DNA from: Nitrospirota bacterium
GTDB taxonomy: Bacteria; Nitrospirota; UBA9217
Assembly: GCA_963840455.1 (NCBI GenBank)
Contig: CAWIYV010000004.1
Coordinates: 165,809 to 229,808, forward strand
Direction: 5' to 3'
Length of the DNA stretch: 64,000 nucleotides
The first letter of the stretch is position 1, and each line of letters opens with the position of its first letter. Shown piece by piece: positions 1 through 10,608 of this stretch. The notes beneath the pieces were generated by a model. It ran no database searches. It was given only the letters and a program-made list of their open reading frames with translations, and was not told where the DNA came from. Both the position numbers and the translations under genes were made by a program.

Positions 1-97
1 GCAGGGGAAGCGCTGCAGGGAGGTGCCAGATCATGACGAGAACAAGCACCTGTAGCCTGCATGCTTAGCACAGCGTTGCACCGGGCTGCCCAAAAAA
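1..97 (+). repeat. Structured dispersed element I, copy a (cut by window edge)
   Basis: GCAGGGGAAGCGCTGC plus GCATGCTTAGCACAGCGTTGCACCGGGCTGCCCAAAAAA, shared with copies at 43867, 44988 and 63281. Confidence 0.85.
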
Positions 98-164
98 GGA
101 GAATCGTTTTTTCTGCGCCAGGCTCCCGTTTGACTTCCGCGTAACGTAAGGCTATATTGACCCT

Positions 165-1613
165 ATGGCAAAGCTCATCAAGACCGTCATCCTCCTCTTC
201 TGGGTCGTGATGATGGGACTCCTCATCCACCGCACCTATCTCCGCCCCACGTCGGTCATCGCGCTGGACGTCATCACCGAGGAAGGTATTAAGACCGGCG
301 ATGAGTGGTTCGGGATCTACCAGCAGGATCGGAAGATCGGCTACGCCCACATGCGCGTGACGCTCGAAGGCGACGCCTATCACCTCGTCGAGGAGTCGGA
401 AATGGACATCCTGGCGCTGGAGCGCGTCCAGCGCATCAGGACCGTCACCAACAGCTACGCCGCCAAGAACTTCCTGCTCAAGTATTTCGACTTCTCCCTC
501 CGGTCCGATCTGTCGAGCATGGACATGAAGGGCGCCGTGGTGGGCAAACAGCTCGTGCTGGATATCATCACCGCAGGTGAAACGCGCAAGCAGAAGATCA
601 TCCTCAAAGAGCCACCGTACCTTTCGCCGAACCTGAAGCCTGCCCTGGTGCTGATGGGCCTGGAGCCCGGCAAGCGGTACCGGTTCCCGCTCTTCAACCC
701 CGCGACCATGAGCACCGAGGACGCCTTCGTCAGCGTGGAGTCGAAGGAGACTATCAAGGTCGGCGACAGGTCGCAGACGGTCTATAAATTGAAGGAAGCC
801 TTCCAGGGCATGGAGGCCTTCTCGTGGATCACCCAGGAGGGCGAGACCCTGAAGGAAGAAAGCCCCCTCGGATACTCCCTGCTGAAGGAAACGCGGGTCG
901 AGGCCATGAAGCGGGACAAGCGCGGACCGGCAGTGGACATCATCTCCCTGGTGAAGATCCCCTCGTCTCCCATCGAGAATTCAGCAGGGGTGAAAACGAT
1001 GCGGGCACGGCTCTCGGGAGCGCCGCTCACGGGGTTCGAACTGGACGGCGGCAGGCAGTCCTGGAAGGACGGCGTCCTGTCGGTCAGGTCCGTGGCCGGG
1101 ACCGGCTCCTACCCTATCCCCTACACCGGGAAGGACCATGCCGAGGACCTTCAGGCAACCATGCTGGTGCAGAGCGATGACCGGACCATCCGCGAGCAGG
1201 CTGCCAAGATCGTGGGCAAAGAACAGGACGCGGCTGAGGCCACGAAGAAGCTGAACTCCTGGGTCTACGAGACGATCGACAAGCAGGCGGTCGTGAGCAT
1301 CCCGAGCGCTGTCGAGGTCCTGCAGCAGAAGGTGGGCGACTGCAACGAGCATACGACGCTGTATGCCGCGCTGGCCCGCGCCGCGGGCATCCCCACGCGC
1401 ATGGCCGCGGGCATCGTATATATGAAGAACGGCTTCTACTACCATGCCTGGCCCGAAGTCTGGCTCGGCGAATGGACGGCCATCGATCCCACGTTCGGCC
1501 AGTTCCCGGCTGACGCAACGCACATCCGCTTCGTCACCGGTGACCTTGCGAAGCAGGCCGAGATCCTGAAGCTTGTGGGGAAGCTGAAGGTGGAAGTGCT
1601 GGAGTACAAATGA
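165..1613 (+). CDS. Transglutaminase-like domain protein, N-terminal membrane anchor
   Basis: GDCNEH, HAWPEV and W..IDPT catalytic Cys/His/Asp motifs. Confidence 0.85.
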   Translation: MAKLIKTVILLFWVVMMGLLIHRTYLRPTSVIALDVITEEGIKTGDEWFGIYQQDRKIGYAHMRVTLEGDAYHLVEESEMDILALERVQRIRTVTNSYAAKNFLLKYFDFSLRSDLSSMDMKGAVVGKQLVLDIITAGETRKQKIILKEPPYLSPNLKPALVLMGLEPGKRYRFPLFNPATMSTEDAFVSVESKETIKVGDRSQTVYKLKEAFQGMEAFSWITQEGETLKEESPLGYSLLKETRVEAMKRDKRGPAVDIISLVKIPSSPIENSAGVKTMRARLSGAPLTGFELDGGRQSWKDGVLSVRSVAGTGSYPIPYTGKDHAEDLQATMLVQSDDRTIREQAAKIVGKEQDAAEATKKLNSWVYETIDKQAVVSIPSAVEVLQQKVGDCNEHTTLYAALARAAGIPTRMAAGIVYMKNGFYYHAWPEVWLGEWTAIDPTFGQFPADATHIRFVTGDLAKQAEILKLVGKLKVEVLEYK

Positions 1614-1672
1614 TTTGGAGCCACAGATGACCGACAGTAGGCGCCCCTTCATCCGCGGTTAAACAGAGACCC

Positions 1673-2401
1673 ATGATCAAACTCACCAACCTCACCAAGG
1701 TCTACGGCAACCTCACCGCCGTGAAGAGCATCGATCTCGAGGTCAAGGCCGGCGAGATCTTCGGCTTTCTCGGCCCCAACGGCGCGGGCAAGACCACGAC
1801 CATCAAGATGATGGCGGGACTCCTCCAGCCCACGGGCGGGAGCGTGGCGATCGGCGGCTTCGATGTGCAGAAGGAGCCGCTCCAGGCCAAGGCCATCACC
1901 GGCTTCATCCCCGACCGGCCGTACCTCTACGAGAAGTTAACCGCCGGCGAGTTCATGCGGTTCGTCGCGGAGCTGTACACCATGCCGACCGCGGACGGCC
2001 GCATCGACGAACTGCTCAGGCTCTTCGGCCTGACCGACTGGGTCGGCGAGCTGGTCGAGAACTTCTCCCACGGCATGAAGCAGCGGCTCGTCATGGCCTC
2101 GTCCCTCCTGCACCGCCCGAAGGTCCTCGTCGTGGACGAACCCATGGTGGGCCTCGACCCCCGCGGCGCCAGGCTGGTGAAGGACCTCTTCAAGGACCTT
2201 GCCTCGCAGGGCGTGACGATCTTCATGTCCACCCACACCCTCGAGATCGTCGAAGCCATGTGCACCCGCGTGGCAATCATCAACAAGGGCGAGATCATTG
2301 CCGGCGGCAGCGTCGAAGAGCTGGGGCGCCTGGCGCGGATGGAGAACAGCCACCTGGAGCCCATCTTCCTGAAGCTGACGGGCGGCGACGAAACGATCTA
2401 G
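1673..2401 (+). CDS. ABC transporter ATP-binding protein
   Basis: Walker A GPNGAGKT, signature FSHGMKQR, Walker B VLVVDEP. Confidence 0.95.
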   Translation: MIKLTNLTKVYGNLTAVKSIDLEVKAGEIFGFLGPNGAGKTTTIKMMAGLLQPTGGSVAIGGFDVQKEPLQAKAITGFIPDRPYLYEKLTAGEFMRFVAELYTMPTADGRIDELLRLFGLTDWVGELVENFSHGMKQRLVMASSLLHRPKVLVVDEPMVGLDPRGARLVKDLFKDLASQGVTIFMSTHTLEIVEAMCTRVAIINKGEIIAGGSVEELGRLARMENSHLEPIFLKLTGGDETI

Positions 2402-2421
2402 GACCGCGCCTCGGAGGGACC

Positions 2422-4176
2422 ATGCAGATCAAGGACTATCTTCCCTTTCTCCACTGGTGGCCAAAGGTCACGCGGCTTACGCTGCGCGCCGATATCATGG
2501 CCGGGATCACCGGCGCGGTCATTGTGCTTCCCCAGGGCGTCGCCTTCGCGATCATTGCCGGTCTACCGCCCGAATACGGCCTTTACTCGGCGATCGTCCC
2601 GGCGATCATCGCGGCGTTGCTCGGCTCTTCCCATCATCTGATATCCGGGCCCACCACCGCCATCTCCATCGTCATTTTCACGACCGTGAGCCCGCTGGCC
2701 GATCCATTAGGCTCTCATTATATCCAGATGGTGCTGACCCTCACATTCCTCGCCGGTCTGTTCCAGTTCGGTCTCGGCCTGGCCCATCTCGGAGCGTTGG
2801 TCAATTTCGTGTCTCACTCCGTCGTCGTCGGGTTCACGTCCGGCGCCGCCCTGCTCATAGCCACGAGCCAGCTCAGCAACTTCTTCGGCGTCCCCGGGTC
2901 GAAACGGCACGCCTTCATCCATTTGTGGGAGGACCTGCTGAGCGCGCTTCCTCACACCAATCCCTACGCGCTCGCCATCGCCGTTGCGACGCTGATCACC
3001 GCGATCCTGTTCCGGCGTTATTTTCCGCGACTTCCGGGCATGCTCTTCGCCATGGTCATCGGCAGCGTGCTGGCCTCGGTGCTGAGCGCAAAGGAGCACG
3101 GCGTTCGGCTCATCGGCTCCCTTCCGGGCCACCTGCCACCTCTGTCCAGCCCCGACCTCTCGACCGCCTCGGTGCGCGAGCTTGCGCCGGCCGCGCTTGC
3201 CGTTGCCATGCTCGGCCTCACCGAAGCGGTGTCCATTGCCCGAGCGGTCGCCACGCGCTCGCACCAGCGCATCGACAGCAACCAGGAGTTCATCGGCCAG
3301 GGGCTATCCAACATCATCGGCAGTTTCTTTTCGAGCTACGCGGCGTCGGGCTCCTTCACCCGCACGGGAGTGAACTACGAGTCTGGCGCAAGAACGCCGA
3401 TGGCCGCCGTCTTTGCCGCGCTGTCTCTCGCTGCCATCCTCCTGCTGATCGCTCCGCTCACAGCCTATCTTCCCATCGCGTCCATGGCGGGCGTGTTGCT
3501 GGTCGTTGCTTATGGGCTCATCGACTTTCATCATATCAGGACAATCGTCAGGACGAGCAAACCCGAAGCCGCGGTGCTCGCTGTCACATTCATGGCAACG
3601 CTCCTCGTGGAACTGGAGTTCGCGATCTACGTGGGCGTCATCCTTTCCCTCCTGCTGTACCTCAACCGGACGTCCCATCCGCACTTCATCACCCTTGCTC
3701 CGGACCCGGACAGCGACCGGCGGAGCTTTATCAATATCACGAGGAAGCCGGTGGATGAGTGCCCGCAGCTCAAGATCATCCGCATCGACGGATCGCTCTT
3801 CTTCGGTGCCGTGGACCATTTCGCCCAGGAGCTGCGCGCCATAACTAGGAACACGCCCGAGCAGGCCCACATTTTGATCGTCGGGAGCGGCATCAACTTC
3901 ATCGATGTCGCGGGTTGCGAAGCCCTTGCCAATGAGGCGCACCGCCTGCACGTAAGCGGACGGAAACTGTACCTCTGCACGCTGAAGAGCGAGGTATTGA
4001 ACACCCTGAAGCGCGGGGGATATTGCCGCCGTATCGGCGAGGAGAACGTGTTCCCCTCCAAACTCGAGGCGATCGAGAAGATCGTGCCGCGCCTCGACCC
4101 GGAGCGGTGCCGGATCTGCACGGTGCGCATCTTCCGCGAGTGCGCGCACATGCCCGGCGCGAGACCGCCTTTATGA
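2422..4176 (+). CDS. SulP family anion transporter with STAS domain
   Basis: ADIMAGITGA..LPQGVAFA..GLPPEYGLY motif, C-terminal STAS domain; GGAGG before ATG 2422. Confidence 0.93.
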   Translation: MQIKDYLPFLHWWPKVTRLTLRADIMAGITGAVIVLPQGVAFAIIAGLPPEYGLYSAIVPAIIAALLGSSHHLISGPTTAISIVIFTTVSPLADPLGSHYIQMVLTLTFLAGLFQFGLGLAHLGALVNFVSHSVVVGFTSGAALLIATSQLSNFFGVPGSKRHAFIHLWEDLLSALPHTNPYALAIAVATLITAILFRRYFPRLPGMLFAMVIGSVLASVLSAKEHGVRLIGSLPGHLPPLSSPDLSTASVRELAPAALAVAMLGLTEAVSIARAVATRSHQRIDSNQEFIGQGLSNIIGSFFSSYAASGSFTRTGVNYESGARTPMAAVFAALSLAAILLLIAPLTAYLPIASMAGVLLVVAYGLIDFHHIRTIVRTSKPEAAVLAVTFMATLLVELEFAIYVGVILSLLLYLNRTSHPHFITLAPDPDSDRRSFINITRKPVDECPQLKIIRIDGSLFFGAVDHFAQELRAITRNTPEQAHILIVGSGINFIDVAGCEALANEAHRLHVSGRKLYLCTLKSEVLNTLKRGGYCRRIGEENVFPSKLEAIEKIVPRLDPERCRICTVRIFRECAHMPGARPPL

Positions 4177-4179
4177 CCC

Positions 4180-4914
4180 ATGCGCTACGCGATCCTGTCC
4201 GATATCCATGCGAACCTCGAAGCGTTCCATGCCGTGCTGGCGCGGACCGCGGAGCTGGGCGCGGACCAGGTGCTCTGTCTCGGCGATGTTGTGGGATACA
4301 ATGCGGACCCGAACGCCTGCGTTGATATCGTGCGGAACGAAGGCATCGCCTGTGTTATGGGGAACCACGATGCCGCTGCCTGCGGTGCCGAGGAGCCGGA
4401 CAGCTTCAATCCGGCGGCGCGGGCAGCGGTCCTCTGGACACGGGAGGTCCTGACAGCGGAGAACAAGGATCTCCTGCGGGGCCTGCCCCGGCATCTGCAG
4501 TTCGGCAACATGGTCCTCTGCCACGGTTCGATCAACGACACGGACCAATATATCTTCGAGGACAGCGACGTGCGTGAAAATCTTGCCGTGATGGAAACGC
4601 TGCCGAGCAGGCCGCAGGTCTGCTTCTTCGGCCATACGCACATGAAGGCCGCCTACAGCATCGCAGGGGGTGTCTTATCCAGGGCGCTGTCGGACAAGAT
4701 CCTCCTGGCTGGCGGCACACGGTATCTCATCAACCCCGGCGGCGTCGGGCAGCCTAGGGACGGCGACCCGCAGACACCGTTCCTTCTCTATGATACGGCG
4801 GACAGGACGGTCGTCTTCCATCGTGTGGAGTACGACATCGCCGCCTGCCAGAGAAAGATCCTCCGGGCTGGCCTGCCCGCGAGGCTGGCGGAACGTCTGG
4901 CGATGGGAAGATGA
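4180..4914 (+). CDS. Metallophosphoesterase family protein
   Basis: SDIHAN, GDVVGY, GNHD, HGS, GHTH, NPGGVGQPRD motifs. Confidence 0.92.
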   Translation: MRYAILSDIHANLEAFHAVLARTAELGADQVLCLGDVVGYNADPNACVDIVRNEGIACVMGNHDAAACGAEEPDSFNPAARAAVLWTREVLTAENKDLLRGLPRHLQFGNMVLCHGSINDTDQYIFEDSDVRENLAVMETLPSRPQVCFFGHTHMKAAYSIAGGVLSRALSDKILLAGGTRYLINPGGVGQPRDGDPQTPFLLYDTADRTVVFHRVEYDIAACQRKILRAGLPARLAERLAMGR

Positions 4915-4917
4915 GGA

Positions 4918-4968
4918 AGTTCATAGGTCATAGGTCACATAGTTCATAGTTCAAGGCTGAAGGTTCAA
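4918..4968 (+). repeat. Degenerate heptamer tandem repeat
   Basis: AGTTCAT/AGGTCAT/AGGTCAC/AGTTCAT/AGTTCAA/GGCTGAA/GGTTCAA. Confidence 0.7.
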
Positions 4969-5071
4969 CATTCTGATACCAGGATTTTCTCTGCGTCCTC
5001 TGCGTCTCTGCGATAAAAGATTTTTATCAACGTTTTGTCTGTATTCGTGCCAGACCGGTGAAAATTGAATT

Positions 5072-6760
5072 ATGCTTATTCTCTTGCTTCCCCGCTATCA
5101 CGCCGTCAAGAACCGCCTCATGCGCCTCAAGCCGGGCGACGGGCTGAAGACCTTGATCCTCGCGCTCCTGGGGGTCGCGTTCTGGGCCTTCCTGTTCATC
5201 GTGGCGTACCGGGTGCTCACCTATTTCCGGACCGTGGAAGGGCTCGGCGACCTGCTGGCCTTGCGGCTCCTGTCCATGGTCCTTCTGACCTTTTTCTCGA
5301 TCCTGGTGTTCAGCAACATCGTCACGTCCCTCTCCACATTCTATCTCTCGGGCGAGTTGGACATCCTGCATTCCTCCCCCGTCAGGGTCGAGAGCATCTA
5401 CCGCGCCAAGTTCATCGAGACGCTGATCGACTCGTCGTGGATGACCCTCATCTACGGCCTGCCGGTCTTCATCGCCTACGGAGCGGTGTTCAAGGCGGGG
5501 GCCTCATACTACACCGGCCTCCTGCTCACGATCGTGCCGTTCCTGATCATCCCCGCGGCCATCGGCATCATCGTGACCATGCTGCTCGTCTCCGCCTTCC
5601 CGGCGCGCCGCGCCCGCGATATCCTGGTGCTGCTGGGACTCCTCTTCTTCGTGGTCCTCTACATCCTGTTCCGCATGCTCCGGCCCGAGAAGCTCGTTGA
5701 CCCCGACGCCTTCCCCACCCTCGTACAGTACCTGACGGCAATGCGCGGCCCCGTGTCGCCGCTCTTCCCGAGCTCCTGGGCATCGGACGCGCTGTCGCCG
5801 CTGCTTAAGCGGGGGGCGGGCGAGGCCGTCTTCTTTCTGCTCATGCTCTGGAGCACAGCCCTGGCCGGCATCGTCATCGGAGAATGGGCCTGCAGCAGGA
5901 TCTACTACGCCGGGTGGTCCCGTTCGCAGGAAGGCAAGAAGGCGAGGCTGTCGCGCTCACGGGCCGCTGACCTCTTCTTCCATATCGCCGTCCTGCCGTT
6001 CCGGGGAAGGATGCGGGCCATCGTGCAGAAGGACATCAAGCTCTTCTTCCGGGACGCCTCCCAGTGGTCCCAGCTCTTCCTGCTCCTGGCGCTCACGATC
6101 GTATACATCTACAGTTTCAAGCTGCTGCCGCTGGAACGCTCGCCCCTGCCCACGATCTTCATCCAGAACCTCATTTCGTTCCTGAACCTCGGCATGGTGG
6201 GCTTCGTCACATCGGCCGTGGCGGTGCGGTTCGTGTTCCCGGCGGTGAGCCTCGAGGGCGAATCCTTCTGGATCGTCCGTTCGTCGCCGCTGCCGCTCAA
6301 GGATCTCCTCTGGGCCAAGTTCTGGTCCAGCGTGCTCCCCCTGCTCGTCCTCGCCGAGGTCCTGATCGTCCTGTCGAACGTCCTGCTCAAGGTCTCGACG
6401 CTTATGATGGCCATCGGCGTCACCACGGTCGCCCTCATGACCTTCGGCATCGCCGCCCTCGGGATCGGCATGGGCGCCATATTCCCCCGCTTCCGGTACG
6501 AGAACGTGGCGCAGATCCCCACGGGCTTCGGCGGCATCGCGTACATGATCGTGACCATGCTGTTCATCGGTGCGGTCATCACGCTCGAAGCCTGGCCCGT
6601 CTACCGCATATTCCTGTCCCATTCCATCGGAGCCGGTATGGGCCCGGCAAGATGGGCATGGGCGGCCCTTTCCTTCTTCCTGGTCATCGTCCTGAACGTC
6701 CTGGCGGTCATTTTGCCCATGAAAACAGGCTTGAAACGCCTCATGGCCCGGGAAATCTAG
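5072..6760 (+). CDS. Putative ABC-2 type transporter permease
   Basis: About 12 hydrophobic segments, KD.KLFFRD and SLEGESFW..RSSP motifs; ATPase nearby. Confidence 0.8.
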   Translation: MLILLLPRYHAVKNRLMRLKPGDGLKTLILALLGVAFWAFLFIVAYRVLTYFRTVEGLGDLLALRLLSMVLLTFFSILVFSNIVTSLSTFYLSGELDILHSSPVRVESIYRAKFIETLIDSSWMTLIYGLPVFIAYGAVFKAGASYYTGLLLTIVPFLIIPAAIGIIVTMLLVSAFPARRARDILVLLGLLFFVVLYILFRMLRPEKLVDPDAFPTLVQYLTAMRGPVSPLFPSSWASDALSPLLKRGAGEAVFFLLMLWSTALAGIVIGEWACSRIYYAGWSRSQEGKKARLSRSRAADLFFHIAVLPFRGRMRAIVQKDIKLFFRDASQWSQLFLLLALTIVYIYSFKLLPLERSPLPTIFIQNLISFLNLGMVGFVTSAVAVRFVFPAVSLEGESFWIVRSSPLPLKDLLWAKFWSSVLPLLVLAEVLIVLSNVLLKVSTLMMAIGVTTVALMTFGIAALGIGMGAIFPRFRYENVAQIPTGFGGIAYMIVTMLFIGAVITLEAWPVYRIFLSHSIGAGMGPARWAWAALSFFLVIVLNVLAVILPMKTGLKRLMAREI

Positions 6761-6771
6761 ATTCCTTCCTG

Positions 6772-6789
6772 ACCACAATATATTGTGGT
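6772..6789. promoter_or_regulatory. Perfect 18-bp palindrome resembling an NrdR box, upstream of smc
   Basis: ACCACAATATATTGTGGT; core CACAATATATTGTG fits the NrdR consensus aCaCwAtATaTwGtg. Confidence 0.55.
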
Positions 6790-6937
6790 TTTCAGACAAA
6801 TCAATACCTTACCTTGTTATTTTTCCCTTTACAAAACCCTGGTCGTATGATATAAACCGAGTTGAAAATCGTTCGGATCACCATGCCGCTCTATTGGATT
6901 TTGAACCTTGAATTTTCTTTTTCCTTTGAGGAGTCCT

Positions 6938-9900
6938 ATGCAGCTCAAGTCCCTCGACATGCTCGGCTTCAAATCCTTCTTCGAGAAGACCACGCTCCAT
7001 TTCCAATCCGGAGTCACTGCCGTGGTCGGTCCCAACGGGTGCGGCAAGAGCAACATCTCCGACGCCATCCGCTGGGTGCTGGGCGAACAGAGCGCCAAGC
7101 ACCTTCGCGGCGACAAGATGGAGGATGTGATCTTCAACGGCAGCGAGTCCCGCAAGCCCCTCGGCCTGGCCGAGGTGACCCTCACGCTCGCTAACGTGTC
7201 GGGCCTGCCGTCGGAGTTCGGCCAGTACAGCGAGATCGAGATCACCCGCAGGCTCTACCGCTCCGGCGAGAGCGAGTACCTGATCAACAAGATCCCCTGC
7301 CGCCTGAAGGACATCCGCGACATCATGATGGACGCCGGCGTGGGCGCCAAACTCCATGCCATCATCGAGCAGGACCGCGTCAAGAAGATCATCGAGTCCA
7401 AGCCGGAGGACCGCCGGTTCCTGTTCGAGGAAGTGGCGGGTGTGATGAAGTACAAGGCCCGGCGGCAGGAGGCCCTCTCCAAGCTAGAGTCCACCCAGCA
7501 GAACCAGCTCCGCGTGAACGACATCCTGACCGAGGTGAAGCGCCAGGTCAACTCTCTGGACCGCCAGGCCAAGAAGGCCGAGCGGTACCAGAAGCTCCGG
7601 GCAGAGATGAAGGACCTGGAGCTCCGGCTTGCCAGCGTTGAGTATGCCAACCTCGGCGGGGAGTGGACAACGTCGACGGGCGAGTTCAAGGAGGCGGAGG
7701 ACGAGGTCACCGGGCTCCACGCCTCGCTCAGCACGATCGAGGCCGCCATCGAGGAGACCCGAGCCGAGGCGCTGTCGTCGGAGCGCGAGCTAGCCCTTCT
7801 CCAGCACCAGTTCCATGAGACCGAGAACGCCCTGCGGCAGGCCGAGCACCGTGTCGAGATGTCCCGGACCCAGATCGCGGCGCTCACGGAGCAGCGCGGC
7901 AGGGACCTGAAGGACATCGAGTACCTCAGCCAGGAGTCCGAGCGGAACGCGGAGCAAAAGAAACGCTTCGACGAAGAGTCCGGCAGCATTGCGGCGACCC
8001 TTGCCAGCCAGAACGCCATCCTCCTTGAACGGACCGCAGCATTCGAGGAGCTCGCCCGGTCGCTCAAGGGCAGGGAGGCCGCCCTGGAAGCGGCCCGTGC
8101 GGGCGTATATACCGCCATGACCGATGCCGCCGCGGAAAAGGCCCGAATCGCAAATCTGGAAATGCGCATCCACCAGCTCGACGAGATGGATGGGCGGTCA
8201 CAGGCAGAAGCGGACGAGCTCGCGAAGAAGTGGGAAGGCCTGAAGGTGCTCCTCGGCCAGAAAGAACAGGAGATTGGTGCGATTGCCAGCCGGAGATCCG
8301 GCCTTCAGGAAGAGCATGCCCGCGTCACTGCCCGGCTGGAGGCTGCCGTGACGCGGAAAAAGGAGCTTGACGCAGAGCTCGGCGCGACGAAGAACCGCCT
8401 CGCCGGACAAAGCTCGCGCCTCCACTCGCTCATCGAGCTCGAGCAAAGCCTCGAAGGGTACCAGAAGGGCGTGCAGTCCGTGATGGCGGCGAAGAAGCAG
8501 GCCTCTGCAGAGCGGGTGGGCACCATCCACGGCCTCGTGGCGGACATCATCGAAACGGAGCCGAAGTATGAGACGGCCATCGAGGCGGTCCTGGGCGACC
8601 GGCTTCAGAACGTCGTCGTCGGCTCGCAGAACGATTCGCTTAAGGCCATCGAATATCTCAAGTCGAGCGGCGGCGGACGGAGCACCTTCATCCCCGAGAC
8701 CCCGCGCGAGATCAGGACCGAGCCCTTCGTGAAGAACGGCCACGCCGGCGTCATCGGGAACGCCCTGGGTGTGGTGCGCTATAAGGACGATTACAAGAAC
8801 GTGGCGCAGTACCTTCTGGGCGACGTGGTGGTCGTGGACACCATGGATACGGCGCTCTACCTCTGGCACAAGAACGGCATCCACAAGACCATCGTGACGC
8901 TGACCGGCGAGATCGTGGACCCCTGGGGCGCGGTCACCGGCGGCACCGCCGACGCGGGCGGGTCCGGCATGCTGCGGAAGCGGCGTGAGATCAAGGACCT
9001 GGAGAGCGAGGTGGCGGCCCTCGGGGCACGCATCACCGGGATCGAACAGGACGTCCATGCCCTGGAGGCCTCCATCAAGGCGGACACGCGCGCCGAGGCG
9101 GAGCTTTCCGACGAGGTCCACAAGGCCGAACTGGAGCTCCTGCACCAGGAAAAGGACGCTGACGCGCTCCGTGACGAGGCGAACCGCACCGAGGCCCGCG
9201 CGAACACCCTTGCGGCGGAACGCGCCGAGCGGGCCGCACGGCGGACGGAATTCCGTACCGAGATCGACCGTTCTTCCGCCATGCTCCGGGACCTCGAGGA
9301 CGGCCACAGCAGCGCCCAGGCCAGCATCGAGACCCTTCAGCGCGAGCTTGCCGCGGAGCGCGAGAACCTGGAAACAACCCGTGCCGGCATCACCGACATC
9401 CGCATGGCCGTCGCCGCCCTTCAGGAGAAGCAGGCCGCTGCTGCGAAAGGCGTCGAGGCCCTCGAGCTTGCCGGCGTGGACCTCGCCGAGCGGCTGCGGA
9501 AACGCGAGGCCGAGATCGGCGAGATCGCCGGAAAGGTCCGGGAGCTCGGCGACGCCATCACCGCAGCCGAGGAGGATATCCGCGGCCACATCACGGCCCT
9601 CGAGCGGGAACGCGAGACCCTGGCCGTCAGGCAGGAGGCCCACGCCGAAAAGACCAGCGCCCTCGGCTCCCATGAGGAGGAGGCCCGCCAGGTCCGGCAC
9701 GACATCGACGCGGCGCAGAAGCGCCTGTCGGGGATCGAGGTCAGGCGCACCGAGCTCCGCATGAAGATCGAGCACCTGAAGGACAACATCTGGACCGGCT
9801 ACCACACCGAGCTGGAGGCCGTGGTGCAGGAGCTGGGCCAATTCGAGATCGACCTGGACGCGTCGAAGCACCGGGTCAGCGAGCTCCGCGAGAAGATCGA

Positions 9901-10513
9901 CCAGATGGGGCCCATCAATGTGGATGCGCTCCAGGAGTACAACGAGCTCAAGGAGCGCTACGACGTCCTCTCGGCCCAGCAGCAGGACATCAACGAGTCC
10001 ATCGCGAACCTCAAGGCTACCATCGCCAAGCTCGACGTCGAGACCATCGAGCTCTTCACCCAGTCGTTCGCCGCCATCCAGCAGAAGTTTCGCGAGGTCT
10101 TCACCCGCCTCTTCGAGGGCGGGCGCGCGGACGTCATCCTGCTCGACCCGGCCAACGTCCTCGAGTCGGGCATCGAGATCGTGGCCCAGCCGCGGGGCAA
10201 GAAGGTCCAGAGCATCACGTCGCTGTCGGGCGGTGAGAAGGCGCTGACGGCCATCGCCCTGCTGTTCGCGGCCTTCCTCGTGAAGCCGAGCCCCTTCTGC
10301 ATGCTCGACGAGGCGGACGCCCCCCTGGACGCGTCCAATGTGATGCGCTTCACCCGGCTCATCCGCGAGATGAGCGACCGCTCTCAGTTCATCGTCATCA
10401 CGCACAAGACGGGGACCATGGAGATGGCAGACGCGCTGTACGGCATCACCATGGACGAACCCGGCTGTTCCAAGGTGGTCTCCGTGAAGCTCCGCGAGGC
10501 GGCCCTGGCGTAG
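6938..10513 (+). CDS. smc: Chromosome segregation protein SMC
   Basis: GPNGCGKSN, coiled coils, hinge, LSGGEK, LDEAD; GAGGAG before ATG 6938. Confidence 0.97.
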   Translation: MQLKSLDMLGFKSFFEKTTLHFQSGVTAVVGPNGCGKSNISDAIRWVLGEQSAKHLRGDKMEDVIFNGSESRKPLGLAEVTLTLANVSGLPSEFGQYSEIEITRRLYRSGESEYLINKIPCRLKDIRDIMMDAGVGAKLHAIIEQDRVKKIIESKPEDRRFLFEEVAGVMKYKARRQEALSKLESTQQNQLRVNDILTEVKRQVNSLDRQAKKAERYQKLRAEMKDLELRLASVEYANLGGEWTTSTGEFKEAEDEVTGLHASLSTIEAAIEETRAEALSSERELALLQHQFHETENALRQAEHRVEMSRTQIAALTEQRGRDLKDIEYLSQESERNAEQKKRFDEESGSIAATLASQNAILLERTAAFEELARSLKGREAALEAARAGVYTAMTDAAAEKARIANLEMRIHQLDEMDGRSQAEADELAKKWEGLKVLLGQKEQEIGAIASRRSGLQEEHARVTARLEAAVTRKKELDAELGATKNRLAGQSSRLHSLIELEQSLEGYQKGVQSVMAAKKQASAERVGTIHGLVADIIETEPKYETAIEAVLGDRLQNVVVGSQNDSLKAIEYLKSSGGGRSTFIPETPREIRTEPFVKNGHAGVIGNALGVVRYKDDYKNVAQYLLGDVVVVDTMDTALYLWHKNGIHKTIVTLTGEIVDPWGAVTGGTADAGGSGMLRKRREIKDLESEVAALGARITGIEQDVHALEASIKADTRAEAELSDEVHKAELELLHQEKDADALRDEANRTEARANTLAAERAERAARRTEFRTEIDRSSAMLRDLEDGHSSAQASIETLQRELAAERENLETTRAGITDIRMAVAALQEKQAAAAKGVEALELAGVDLAERLRKREAEIGEIAGKVRELGDAITAAEEDIRGHITALERERETLAVRQEAHAEKTSALGSHEEEARQVRHDIDAAQKRLSGIEVRRTELRMKIEHLKDNIWTGYHTELEAVVQELGQFEIDLDASKHRVSELREKIDQMGPINVDALQEYNELKERYDVLSAQQQDINESIANLKATIAKLDVETIELFTQSFAAIQQKFREVFTRLFEGGRADVILLDPANVLESGIEIVAQPRGKKVQSITSLSGGEKALTAIALLFAAFLVKPSPFCMLDEADAPLDASNVMRFTRLIREMSDRSQFIVITHKTGTMEMADALYGITMDEPGCSKVVSVKLREAALA

Positions 10514-10608
10514 CCTCCCCGCATCCGATGTGCTTCTCCTGTCCGAGCTGATCCTCTGCCTCCTGACTTGCCCAGGCGGCAGGGGACAGCCCTGGCAGTG
10601 CGTTCCAG

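Noticed and set aside
8198-10405. Long antisense ORFs (e.g. 735 aa opposite smc, 464 aa opposite addB)
   Set aside because: Shadow ORFs expected from high-GC codon bias; no recognisable motifs.
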